DNA of 64,000 nt, taken from the NCBI GenBank assembly GCA_965243135.1, contig OZ251539.1:5984001-6048000 (forward strand), read 5' to 3'. The DNA is from Alphaproteobacteria bacterium. Lineage in GTDB: Bacteria; Pseudomonadota; Alphaproteobacteria; MPNO01; UBA830. The notes under the pieces are model-generated. The model saw only the letters and a program-made list of their open reading frames with translations, searched no databases and was not told where the DNA came from. Below are positions 42,884 through 52,287 of the stretch, one piece after another. A program made the translations under genes and the position numbers. The stretch's first letter is position 1. Each line of letters starts with the position of its first letter.

Positions 42884-43993
42884 ATGCTTGGGCGTATCTA
42901 CATCGACAATTATAAATGTTTGGTCAATTTCGAATTGCGGTTTCAGGAACTGACCTTGCTCCTGGGAGATGACGGCGCGGGCAAGAGCTCCGTGCTGGAG
43001 GTGGTGCTGGCGCTTCGCCGATTGCTCAATGGAGAAGCCAGACTGACCGATTCCGGAATTTTTCCGGCGAATACGCTTACGAGTTGGCGATCGCACGATC
43101 TTCAGGTTTTCGAGATCGAGGCGAATCTAGGTGAGGATTCGCTGGTCTATCGGCTGGAAGTGGAACATGAGACCGGCGGGAAAAAAGCCAGGATCGCCAT
43201 CGAATCTCTTGAAGCCGACGATCGGCCGCTATTCGCTTTCAAAGGCGGTGAAGTGCGCCTTTTCCGCGACGACCATTCGGAGGGGCCGATTTTTGGATCT
43301 GACCCGTCGGAGTCGGCATTGGCCAAGGTCGTCGAGGCCAAGGATAACGTTCGGTTAACGAGATTCCTAGGCTTTGTAAGAAAGATTCTGGTTTGCAGAC
43401 TTTGTCCTTTCAACTTTGAAACCGAAGCGTCCTCCGACGGCGCGGCGTTGCGCCCGGATGGACGCAATTTCGGTTCATGGTATTGGCATGCGCAACTGGA
43501 ATGGCCAGAACGAGTTACGGAGTTGACGAAGGAACTGCAGGAGATAATGGGCAACTTCCGGGGGCTTCGCCTTGAACGGGTTGGGTCGGGCATTCGTGCG
43601 TTGAAGGTGAAATTCGACGAAGCAGGACGGGACTACGAACTCGGGCTTGACGAAATATCGGATGGTCAGCGGGCGCTTATCGCCCTCTACGCCTTGCTTC
43701 GTCTGGGTGCAGAACAAGGGCATGCGCTGTTTCTGGACGGGCCGGAAAACTACGTCGCATTGTCTGAAATCCAGCCTTGGTTGATCGAGCTTGCCGACAG
43801 CTGCGGCGACGCGGCGGCGCAGGTCGTGCTCTGTTCTCACCATCCCGAACTGATTGATTATCTCGGCGACGACTGCGGCCTGCTGCTGCGCCGGGAGAGC
43901 TCCGGAGTTACCCGGGCGGAGAAAATACTCGAAAACACGGACGGTCGCGGTCTTAAACTTTCTGAACTACTCGCGCGGGGATGGGATCCTTGA
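42884..43993 (+). CDS. AAA_21/AbiEii-like ABC-type ATPase (motifs partly degenerate)
   Basis: IDNYKCL, Walker A GDDGAGKS, signature ISDGQR, Walker B LFLDGPEN, H-loop CSHHP; lower GC. Confidence 0.85.
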   Translation: MLGRIYIDNYKCLVNFELRFQELTLLLGDDGAGKSSVLEVVLALRRLLNGEARLTDSGIFPANTLTSWRSHDLQVFEIEANLGEDSLVYRLEVEHETGGKKARIAIESLEADDRPLFAFKGGEVRLFRDDHSEGPIFGSDPSESALAKVVEAKDNVRLTRFLGFVRKILVCRLCPFNFETEASSDGAALRPDGRNFGSWYWHAQLEWPERVTELTKELQEIMGNFRGLRLERVGSGIRALKVKFDEAGRDYELGLDEISDGQRALIALYALLRLGAEQGHALFLDGPENYVALSEIQPWLIELADSCGDAAAQVVLCSHHPELIDYLGDDCGLLLRRESSGVTRAEKILENTDGRGLKLSELLARGWDP

Positions 43994-44390
43994 GTCGCAA
44001 TGTACAGATTGCTTTTTTAAGACCAACAACGTGATCTGCGCCGCTTCTTCAAGGAGATGTAGAAAACCCGTTCACGTCGAGAGAGCTCCGGCAGGCAGGG
44101 GAGCGGCGGAGCGATTCGCGCGCAGGCGCTTCGCGAAGGAGTTGAACCATTGCCGCCGTAAGCGCCATCGCGTCGATCCGGCGCTTATGATGAATGGAGA
44201 TGCGGGCGGAAAGAACGAACCGCCCGGTCGTTGCTCCGGCAGATGGCCTCGGCTTGCGTCGCCGGGACTTGCCGGCAGGATCCAGGCGGGGTCGGGATTG
44301 GCGCGAGGGCATCGGCAAGCTGAGGCGGCAATCCGGCGCGCTTCGCGTCGGCGCAAGCTCCTTGTTTGCCGTCGCTCGCGACGACATGCG
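43990..44390 (+). pseudogene. Frameshifted remnant of the small partner gene typical of such ATPase pairs
   Basis: TTG start overlapping ATPase stop gives MSRNVQI; another frame gives HVERAPAGRGAAERFARRRFAKEL..R..RHRV..AL...GD; no continuous ORF. Confidence 0.55.
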
Positions 44391-44845
44391 GGCAGCCCTT
44401 TCTGGCGGCACGTCGTTCCGTCGTATGCCGCGTCGCTCCGTTTCGCCGCCGCTCCGATCCGGTTCACGAAAGCTGCCGTTCAAACGGAGACCGCGACAGG
44501 ACTGAGGTCGGCTTCGTCGATCAGCGCACCCCATATTCGCCGACGCGTCGTACGGCCGCCCTGGTCCGAAGCGCCCCCAAGAGATGCCGCAGCCCCGAAA
44601 CAGGCTGCAAGCCGCCGCGTCAGGATGAGCGCTACGCCGTCTTCGCCCGTCAACGCGAGAGCGCGGCCAAACGCCTTTTCGAACTTCCCCTGCGGCGGTT
44701 CCGTCAGCTGACGCCGCGGCGCGGAAACGTTCTGCAACCGGCGTTTGGTGAACGGACCGGTCGTCCGTTGATGACGTGTCGTCCGTTAACGACGCTCCGG
44801 CAGACAGGTCTTGCGTCATCGGGGTTTGCCGGTAGGATCAAGTCC

Positions 44846-45388
44846 ATGCGGGGATATTTCGGAATTGGGGTCGAGGGCGTCAGCAAGCCGATCAACGTCG
44901 GCAATCTGATGCGTTCCGCGCATGCGTTCGGCGCAAGCTTCGCGTTCACCGTCGCCGCCAACTGCGACATGACGTCCAGCGCTGCGGATACCTCGAATGC
45001 CGCGGACCAGGTGCCGTTCCACCGTTTCGATTCCGTGGAGGCCATGCGCCTGCCCGAGGGCAGTGTCCTCGTCGGCGTCGAAATCGACGACCGGGCCGTG
45101 GATTTGCCTGCGTTCCGCCATCCCCGCCGCGCGGCCTACGTGCTGGGCATGGAGCGGCTCGGCCTGAGCGAGGCCATGATCGCTCGCTGCGACCATATGG
45201 TGAAGATTCCGACGGCTTTCCCCCTCAACCTGGCGACGACGGGCGGCATCGTCATGTATGATCGCATGCTGTCCATGCGCCGCTTCGCCGACCGTCCGGT
45301 CATGCCCGGCGGCGCCGTCGAACCTCTGCCCGCGCATGCGTTCGCCGCGCCGATTCTCAACGGACATCTCACGAAAGGAAACAGATGA
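44846..45388 (+). CDS. TrmH/SpoU family RNA methyltransferase
   Basis: NVGNLMRSAHAFGA, YVLGMERLGLS, VKIP...LNLA. Confidence 0.9.
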   Translation: MRGYFGIGVEGVSKPINVGNLMRSAHAFGASFAFTVAANCDMTSSAADTSNAADQVPFHRFDSVEAMRLPEGSVLVGVEIDDRAVDLPAFRHPRRAAYVLGMERLGLSEAMIARCDHMVKIPTAFPLNLATTGGIVMYDRMLSMRRFADRPVMPGGAVEPLPAHAFAAPILNGHLTKGNR

Positions 45389-45876
45389 AGATCCTGGTTA
45401 TCGCACTTGTTCTGTTCGTTTCCTCGGCGGCGGCCGGGAAGGAACTCGGAGCGTTCAAGGACTGGGCGGCCTATTCGGAAGGAAAAGGCAAGAACCTTAT
45501 CTGCTGGATCTACAGCGAGCCCAAGAAGGCCGAAGGAAAGTACACGAGGCGCGGACGCATCTACGTGGTCGTCAGCCATCGTCCCGGCCAGAACACGACC
45601 GACGAGGTCCAGTTCACGGCGGGCTACACCTTCAAGAAGGACAGCGAATTGACGGTGGCCGTCGACAAGAAGTCGTTCGCCCTCTTCACGGACGACGATG
45701 CCGCGTGGACCCGCAGTCCGGAGGAGGACAAGGCTCTCGTCGCCGCCATGCGGGCGGGAAACCGGATGATCGCCACCGGCGTGTCCTCGCGCGGGACCCG
45801 GACCAAGGACACCTATTCTCTGGCCGGCGTCTCGGCGGCGCTCAAAGCCATCGGCAAGGCGTGCGGAACGAAATAG
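45385..45876 (+). CDS. Invasion-associated locus B (IalB) family protein
   Basis: Signal peptide; FKDWAAY, C..YSEP, SHRP, AMRAG, SSRGT.T.DTYSL.G; typical neighbour of rlmN. Confidence 0.85.
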   Translation: MKILVIALVLFVSSAAAGKELGAFKDWAAYSEGKGKNLICWIYSEPKKAEGKYTRRGRIYVVVSHRPGQNTTDEVQFTAGYTFKKDSELTVAVDKKSFALFTDDDAAWTRSPEEDKALVAAMRAGNRMIATGVSSRGTRTKDTYSLAGVSAALKAIGKACGTK

Positions 45877-46131
45877 CCGCGCGACCGCCGGGCCGATGCG
45901 CGACGGACGGGCGCGTCGAAAACGTTTCGTCGGGAGGTCCGGACCGTTCGCGCGGGCGAACGCCCTTCCGGTGTCCGAGAGCGGCGCCCGGTAGCCTTGC
46001 CGGGGCGGAGCGTCCGGCCCCCTTCCTCCGCGCGCGCCGTCGATAGCAGGTTCCCCGGATCCGGGCGGAAGCGAGGCGCAAGCCGCGGCCGCCGGGAAGC
46101 TTTCGCGCGCGAATCGGCGTAGACTGCCCGC

Positions 46132-47340
46132 ATGCCTCTTCCGCGCATGAAGCGAAACGTCTCGCTGCTGGCGGCCTGCCAAGGTTACGCCCAGACATCG
46201 GTCACCATCGTGATCGCGATTTCCGCGTTGGCCGGCGCGATCATCGCCGAGGACAAGTCGCTTGCGACTTTGCCGCACGCGTTCATGTGGGCGGCGACGG
46301 CGCTTGCCGCCATGCCGGCCTCGCTGCTGATGAAGCGCTTCGGACGCCGGGGCGGATTCGCGATCGGCTCGCTTTTCGGCCTGGCGGGCTCCGGCCTCTG
46401 CACGCTCGGGGTCTACGCCTCCGATCTCTGGGTGTTCATCGCCGGCACGTCCTGCATGGGCGCGTTCAATGCGTTCAACCAATACCTGCGCTTCGCGGCG
46501 GCGGAGGCGGCGGACGAAAGTTTCCGGCCCAAGGCCATCGCGCTGGTGATCGGCGGCGGCGTGATCGCCGCTTTCGTCGGCGGCGCCATCGCCAACGGCA
46601 CCAAGGACCTGCTCGCGCCGGTGGAGTTCGCCGGCACCTACGTCGCGCTGGCCGTGCTTCCGGTTCTGCTCGCGATCACCATCCAGTTCGTCCGCATGCC
46701 GGAACCGGCCGCGCCGGCCGCGGCGCCGAGCGGAAGAAAGGCGCCGAGCGGCAGAAAACTGACGGAGATCATGCGGCAACCGGCTTTCGTGGTGGCCGCC
46801 ACGGGAACCGCGGTGTCGTGGGCCGGCATGATCCTGATGATGGCGGCGACGCCGTTGTCCATGAAGCTCTGCGGCCATGCCTTCGGCGACATCGCCTTCG
46901 TGATCCAGTGGCACATGTTCGCGATGTTCGCGCCGTCGTTCGTCGCCGGTTCGCTGGTTGCGCGCTTCGGCAGTCTCAACGTCGTTCTCGCGGGTTTCGC
47001 GCTGTTCGGCGGCGGCATCGCGGCGGGCCTCGCCGGGATTTCCGTCGTCCACTTCCTCCTGACCAACGTGATGATCGGGGCCGGCTGGAACCTGATGCTG
47101 ATCGGATCCACCGACCTTCTGGTGACGTGCCACACCCACGAGGAAAAGGGCAAGGTGCAGGGGGCCAACGAGACCATCGCCTATCTGCTGGCGGCGATCT
47201 CTTCTTTTTTCGCGGGCTATCTCCAGATCGAGATCGGCTGGGACGCCGTGATGATCGCCATCGCGCCGCAGATCCTCGTCGTGGCCGCGGCCGTATGGTG
47301 GATGCGTTCTCTGCAGGGGAGGGCCGCCGCGGCCCGGTAG
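46132..47340 (+). CDS. MFS transporter
   Basis: 12 TM pattern; [43 protein letters not shown]. Confidence 0.9.
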   Translation: MPLPRMKRNVSLLAACQGYAQTSVTIVIAISALAGAIIAEDKSLATLPHAFMWAATALAAMPASLLMKRFGRRGGFAIGSLFGLAGSGLCTLGVYASDLWVFIAGTSCMGAFNAFNQYLRFAAAEAADESFRPKAIALVIGGGVIAAFVGGAIANGTKDLLAPVEFAGTYVALAVLPVLLAITIQFVRMPEPAAPAAAPSGRKAPSGRKLTEIMRQPAFVVAATGTAVSWAGMILMMAATPLSMKLCGHAFGDIAFVIQWHMFAMFAPSFVAGSLVARFGSLNVVLAGFALFGGGIAAGLAGISVVHFLLTNVMIGAGWNLMLIGSTDLLVTCHTHEEKGKVQGANETIAYLLAAISSFFAGYLQIEIGWDAVMIAIAPQILVVAAAVWWMRSLQGRAAAAR

Positions 47341-47392
47341 GCGGCGCGCCGGCGCGTCTCGACCGCCGCGGGTTTCCGGCTATATTGCGCCG

Positions 47393-48517
47393 ATGCAGAC
47401 CGTCGCACGACCGCCGGACCATGCCGGCGCGGATCTGGTGGGCCTCTCGCGCGCCGACATGGAATCCGCCCTGGCCGAACTGGGCCTCGAGCGCTTCCGC
47501 GCCAGGCAGGTCTGGCACTGGATCTATCATCACGGCGCGCGCGATTTCTCGGCGATGAGCACCCTGGCGAAAGGGGTGCGCCGGGATCTCGCGGAACGCT
47601 TCCGCATCTCGCGGCCGGGCGTCGCGAGCGACCGGATTTCCGGCGACCGCACGCGCAAGTGGCTGGTCTCGTTCGCCGACGGCCATACCGCCGAGACGGT
47701 GCACATACCGGAAGAGGACCGCGGCGCCGTGTGCATATCGTCGCAGGTCGGCTGCACCCTCGCCTGCCGGTTCTGCCATACCGGCACGCAGCGCCTCGTC
47801 CGCAATCTCGCGGCGAGCGAAATCGTCGGCCAGTTCATGGTCGCGCGCGATTCCTGCGGCGAATGGCCGTCCTCGAAGGAGCCCCGCCAGCTCACCAACA
47901 TCGTCATGATGGGAATGGGAGAGCCTCTCTACAATTTCGAAAACGTCTCGACCGCGCTCCGCATAATCATGGACGAGGAGGGCATCAACGTTTCGCGGCG
48001 GCGCATCACGCTTTCGACGGCCGGAGTCGCGCCCATGATTCCCAGGGTCGGCGCCGAACTCGGCGTGCAGCTCGCGATTTCGCTGCACGCGGTCGAAGAC
48101 GGGTTGAGGGACCGGATCGTTCCGATCAACCGCAAGTACCCCATCGCGGAACTGCTGAACGCCTGCCGCGCCTATCCGACGGCGCGCAATTCGCGGCGCA
48201 TCACTTTCGAATACGTGATGCTCAAGGGCGTCAACGACTCGCCGTCCGACGCGCGGGAACTCGTGCGCCTGATCTCGGGAATTCCGGCGAAGGTCAACCT
48301 CATCCCGTTCAACCCGTGGCCCGGAGCTCCGTTCGAGTGCTCCTCCGGCGAATCGATCGCCGCCTTCGCCGAAATCGTCAACCGCGCCGGCTATTCGTCG
48401 CCGGTCAGGGCGCCGCGCGGACGCGACATCATGGCCGCTTGCGGCCAGCTCAGGACGGCGAGCGAACGCGCCGAACGAAAACCCCTTGAAGGAGCTTCCG
48501 ATGCCTCGACCCGGTGA
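47393..48517 (+). CDS. rlmN: Dual-specificity RNA methyltransferase RlmN (radical SAM)
   Basis: [45 protein letters not shown]. Confidence 0.97.
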   Translation: MQTVARPPDHAGADLVGLSRADMESALAELGLERFRARQVWHWIYHHGARDFSAMSTLAKGVRRDLAERFRISRPGVASDRISGDRTRKWLVSFADGHTAETVHIPEEDRGAVCISSQVGCTLACRFCHTGTQRLVRNLAASEIVGQFMVARDSCGEWPSSKEPRQLTNIVMMGMGEPLYNFENVSTALRIIMDEEGINVSRRRITLSTAGVAPMIPRVGAELGVQLAISLHAVEDGLRDRIVPINRKYPIAELLNACRAYPTARNSRRITFEYVMLKGVNDSPSDARELVRLISGIPAKVNLIPFNPWPGAPFECSSGESIAAFAEIVNRAGYSSPVRAPRGRDIMAACGQLRTASERAERKPLEGASDASTR

Positions 48518-49709
48518 AGTCGACAAGATCGTCCTGGCCTACTCCGGAGGGCTCGACACCTCGGTGATTCTCAAATGGCTGCAGGAGACCTATCGCTGCG
48601 AGGTGGTGACCTTCACCGCCGATCTGGGGCAGGGCGAGGAACTGGAGCCCGCCCGGCGAAAGGCGGAAGCCGCGGGCGTGAAGGAAATCCACGTCGACGA
48701 TCTGCGCGAGGAGTTCGTTCGCGATTTCGTCTTTCCGATGTTTCGCGCGAACGCCCTGTACGAAGGGGTCTATCTGCTGGGGACGTCCATAGCCCGGCCG
48801 CTGATCGCCAAGCGCCAGATCGAGATCGCTCGCGCGACGGGGGCCGACGCCGTCGCGCACGGCGCGACCGGAAAAGGCAACGATCAGGTCCGGTTCGAAC
48901 TCGGATACTACGCGCTGGAGCCCGACATCAAGGTGATCGCGCCGTGGCGGGAATGGGATCTCGATTCGCGGACGGCCCTTCTCGATTTCGCGCGCGAGCA
49001 CCAGATTCCCGTGGCGCGCGACAAGATCGACGAACCGCCCTATTCGACCGACGCCAACCTGCTTCACATCTCCTACGAGGGGCGCGCCCTCGAGGATCCG
49101 TGGGTCGAGCCGAACGAGTCGATGTACACCCGTTCGGTCGCGCCCGAGAACGCGCCCGACGTCCCCCGCTGCGTGGAAATCGAATTCGAGGGGGGCGATC
49201 CCGTCGCGGTCGACGGCGAACGACTCTCGCCCGCCGCCCTGCTCGCCCGGCTCAACGAGTTGGGCGGAGCTCACGGCGTCGGGCGGGCGGACATCGTGGA
49301 GAATCGTTTCGTCGGCATGAAGTCCCGCGGAGTCTACGAGACGCCCGGCGGCACCGTCCTGATCGCCGCCCGTCGCGGCATCGAGTCGATCACGCTGGAT
49401 CGCGGCGCGGCCCATCTCAAGGACGAACTGATGCCGCGCTACGCCGAACTCGTCTACAACGGCTTCTGGTTCTCCCCCGAACGGGAGATGCTCCAGGCCG
49501 CCGTCGATCGAAGCCAGGAGCGCGTGACCGGCACGGTGCGCCTCAAGCTGTTCAAGGGATCGGTCAGCGTGGTCGGGCGCAAGTCGCCGGTCAGCCTCTA
49601 CTCTCAAAGGCACGTCACCTTCGAGGCGGACACCGTATACGATCAACGGGACGCGGAAGGATTCATCAAGCTCAACGCCCTGCGGCTGAGGCTCATGAAC
49701 GCGCAGTGA
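48501..49709 (+). CDS. argG: Argininosuccinate synthase
   Basis: [44 protein letters not shown]. Confidence 0.97.
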   Translation: MPRPGEVDKIVLAYSGGLDTSVILKWLQETYRCEVVTFTADLGQGEELEPARRKAEAAGVKEIHVDDLREEFVRDFVFPMFRANALYEGVYLLGTSIARPLIAKRQIEIARATGADAVAHGATGKGNDQVRFELGYYALEPDIKVIAPWREWDLDSRTALLDFAREHQIPVARDKIDEPPYSTDANLLHISYEGRALEDPWVEPNESMYTRSVAPENAPDVPRCVEIEFEGGDPVAVDGERLSPAALLARLNELGGAHGVGRADIVENRFVGMKSRGVYETPGGTVLIAARRGIESITLDRGAAHLKDELMPRYAELVYNGFWFSPEREMLQAAVDRSQERVTGTVRLKLFKGSVSVVGRKSPVSLYSQRHVTFEADTVYDQRDAEGFIKLNALRLRLMNAQ

Positions 49710-50644
49710 AGAACGGGAGGCGGACAGGGCGGCGTTCCGGCCGGAGGCCGCGAGGCGACGCGGCGCCTTCCGGCGGCGAGCCGGCCCGTCCGCCGTTCGT
49801 CGTCGGCGCCGTCTGGGCGGTGATGGCGGCCGCCAGCTTCGCCGTCATGATGACCAGCGTCCGCTACATGGACGGCAAGTTCGACGCCATCGAAATCGTG
49901 TTCGTCAGGGCGCTGGTCGGGCTGTTCATGGTCGGCCCGCTGGTCGCGAGATCCGGATTCGACGCCCTGCGAACCTCCCGGATGCCGCTTCACGCCCTGC
50001 GCACGTTGTTCGCCCTTTCCGCCATGGCGACGCTCTACTACGCCCTGGAGGAGATGGCCGTTGCCGACGCGATCGCGCTGACGTTCCTGATCCCGTTGTT
50101 CACCACCATCGCCGCCGCGGCGGCGCTGCGCGAATCCGTCGGGCCGCATCGCTGGATCGCCACGGGCGTCGGTTTCTGCGGCGCGCTCGTGATCATTCGT
50201 CCGGGCTTCGCGGAGATCGGCGCGCCGGTCGCGCTCGCGGTTCTTTCGTCGGCGCTCTACGCTGGCGCCTGGTCCAGCATCAAGATCCTGACGCGCACCG
50301 ATTCGGCGGTCGTCACCGTCTTCTGGATGAACGCGTTGATGGTGCCGCTGACCGCGATTCCGACGGCGTTCGTCTGGGTGACGCCGGGGCCGGAAGACCT
50401 GTTGCCGCTGTTTCTGATGGCGGTTTCGGGCTGGGCCGCCCACGTATGCCAGGCGCGCGCGTTCGCGGCCGCCGACGCCAGCGCCGTGATGCCGTTCGAC
50501 TTCCTCCGCCTGCCCTTCGGCGCCGCGTTCGGTTTCCTCCTGTTCGCGGAGACCGTCGACGGCTGGACCTGGGCGGGCGCCGTGATCGTTTTCGTCGCCG
50601 GCTATTACATCGCCCGGCGCGAGGCGCGCCGAAGCGCGCGGTAG
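49706..50644 (+). CDS. DMT/EamA family transporter
   Basis: [29 protein letters not shown]; start uncertain (GTGA overlap with argG). Confidence 0.88.
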   Translation: MKNGRRTGRRSGRRPRGDAAPSGGEPARPPFVVGAVWAVMAAASFAVMMTSVRYMDGKFDAIEIVFVRALVGLFMVGPLVARSGFDALRTSRMPLHALRTLFALSAMATLYYALEEMAVADAIALTFLIPLFTTIAAAAALRESVGPHRWIATGVGFCGALVIIRPGFAEIGAPVALAVLSSALYAGAWSSIKILTRTDSAVVTVFWMNALMVPLTAIPTAFVWVTPGPEDLLPLFLMAVSGWAAHVCQARAFAAADASAVMPFDFLRLPFGAAFGFLLFAETVDGWTWAGAVIVFVAGYYIARREARRSAR

Positions 50645-50675
50645 CGCGGCGGCGGCCGCCGCGAGGCCCGGCTCG

Positions 50676-51554
50676 TCAGATCCCGGGGGCCTCGACGCCG
50701 CATTGCCTGCAAGCGGCGATCAGGGCGTTTCGCAGCAGGCAGGCGATGGTCATGGGGCCGACCCCGCCCGGAACGGGCGTGATCGCGCCCGCGACTTCGA
50801 CCGCCTCGGCGAAGTCGACGTCTCCCGTCAGGGTCCGGTCCTCCCCGGTTCGGTTGATGCCCACGTCGATGACCGTCGCGCCCGGTTTGATCCAGTCGCC
50901 CCGGATCATGCCCGCGCGTCCGACGGCCGCGACCAGGATGTCGGCGCCGCGGCAGACGGCGGGAAGATCGCGGGTTCGCGAGTGCGCCACCGTTACGGTG
51001 CAATTGGCCGCGAGCAGCAGCTGCGCAAGGGGCTTGCCCACGATGTTGGAGCGTCCGACGACAACCGCATGGCGCCCCTCCAGATCGCCGAGCCTATGCT
51101 GCAGCAGCATCATGCACCCCAGGGGGGTGCAGGGCGCGAGGCCCTTTCGGCCGGTCGCGAGAAGCCCGGCGTTGCGAAGGTGGAAGCCGTCGACGTCCTT
51201 GTCCGGGTCGATCGCGTCGATCACCGCGTTGGGATCGATCTGCGGCGGCAGCGGAAGCTGAACCAGGATGCCGTGCACGGAGGCGTCGGCATTGAGGCTC
51301 TCGACGACGGCGAGAAGTTCGGACTGGGACGTTTCCGCCGGAAGCGTCCGTCCGAAGCTGTTCATTCCCGCCTCGGCCGTAAGCCTGTTCTTGTTGCGCA
51401 CGTAAATTCGACTCGCGGGATCCTCGCCGACCAGCACCGCGGCCAGCCCCGGCGCGACGCCGTGCTTCCTTTTGACGCGACCCGCCGCTTCGGCGACCCG
51501 AGCCCGCAGGCCCGCGGCGAAGGCTTTGCCGTCTATGATCTGCGCGCGGCTCAT
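50676..51554 (-). CDS. folD: Bifunctional methylenetetrahydrofolate dehydrogenase/cyclohydrolase
   Basis: [45 protein letters not shown]. Confidence 0.97.
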   Translation of the reverse strand: MSRAQIIDGKAFAAGLRARVAEAAGRVKRKHGVAPGLAAVLVGEDPASRIYVRNKNRLTAEAGMNSFGRTLPAETSQSELLAVVESLNADASVHGILVQLPLPPQIDPNAVIDAIDPDKDVDGFHLRNAGLLATGRKGLAPCTPLGCMMLLQHRLGDLEGRHAVVVGRSNIVGKPLAQLLLAANCTVTVAHSRTRDLPAVCRGADILVAAVGRAGMIRGDWIKPGATVIDVGINRTGEDRTLTGDVDFAEAVEVAGAITPVPGGVGPMTIACLLRNALIAACRQCGVEAPGI

Positions 51555-51677
51555 CGCCGTCCGTCTCGGCCGCTTTCCGCGCGCCGCGGGGAGGTTGGCG
51601 GACGGACCGGGCGGTCTTCGACCGCGGCGGCCGCTCCGGGCGCCCTGCGCGCCGCCGCCGACCGGCGGCGAGGGCCG

Positions 51678-51959
51678 TCAGCCATACGCGAGATCCCGCA
51701 GCAAATCCTGGACGAAGATCAGCAGCAGGATCAGGACGACCGGAGAAATGTCCAGCCCGCCCAGGTTGGGCAGAAACCGGCGTATCGGTCGAAGCGCGGG
51801 TTCGGTGGCGCGGTACAGGAAATCGACGACGACGTAGACGACGCGGTTCGTCGTGTTGATCACGTTGAACGAGATCAGCCAGCTCGCGACAACGGCGAGT
51901 ATCAGAACCCAGACGTAGAGATCGATCACATTGGCGATCAGATTGAAGAGAGCATTCAT
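51678..51959 (-). CDS. YggT family membrane protein
   Basis: SWLISFNVIN, TEPALRPIRRFLP..GGLDISP. Confidence 0.92.
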   Translation of the reverse strand: MNALFNLIANVIDLYVWVLILAVVASWLISFNVINTTNRVVYVVVDFLYRATEPALRPIRRFLPNLGGLDISPVVLILLLIFVQDLLRDLAYG

Positions 51960-52125
51960 CGCGGACCGCGCCATTCGTTCGGCGGCAAGCCTAACCGGAC
52001 GGAAGGGTTGTCGCAACCGAATCCGCGCTTCCGCCGGCCTCCTTGCCGGGTCGCCGTCCGGCCCGGCGGGCGGGCGCCGAAAAACGCTGCCGCGGCGTCG
52101 CCGGACGGCGGCCGCGGACCTCGAC

Positions 52126-52154
52126 TTGACAGACGCGACGGGGATCGCCATTAT
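52126..52154 (+). promoter_or_regulatory. Sigma70-type promoter of tRNA-Ala
   Basis: TTGACA (52126-52131), 17-bp spacer, CATTAT (52149-52154). Confidence 0.7.
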
Positions 52155-52190
52155 CAGGCTGCCCGAAGGCCGGACGCCCGAGGGTTCCGT

Positions 52191-52266
52191 GGGGCCGTAG
52201 CTCAGTTGGGAGAGCGCAGCGTTCGCAATGCTGAGGTCAGGGGTTCGACTCCCCTCGGCTCCACCA
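52191..52266 (+). tRNA. tRNA-Ala (anticodon CGC)
   Basis: GGGGCCGTAGCTCAGTTGGGAGAGCG..CAGCG-TT-CGC-AA-TGCTG..GGTTCGACTCC..CTCCACCA; 76 nt, G3:U70, encoded CCA. Confidence 0.97.
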
Positions 52267-52287
52267 ACCTTGTTCGCGAGGTAAGTC

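Noticed and set aside
42106-43993. Sir2 + ATPase as a SIR2-type anti-phage system (Thoeris/DSR/Sir2-HerA)
   Set aside because: The sirtuin is a canonical Zn-binding CobB deacylase with host-like GC, coupled to the upstream operon; the ATPase is ABC-type, not HerA, and differs in composition.
44400-44800. Short minus-strand ORF (44480-44737) as a gene remnant
   Set aside because: No recognisable motif or RBS, so no call can be supported.
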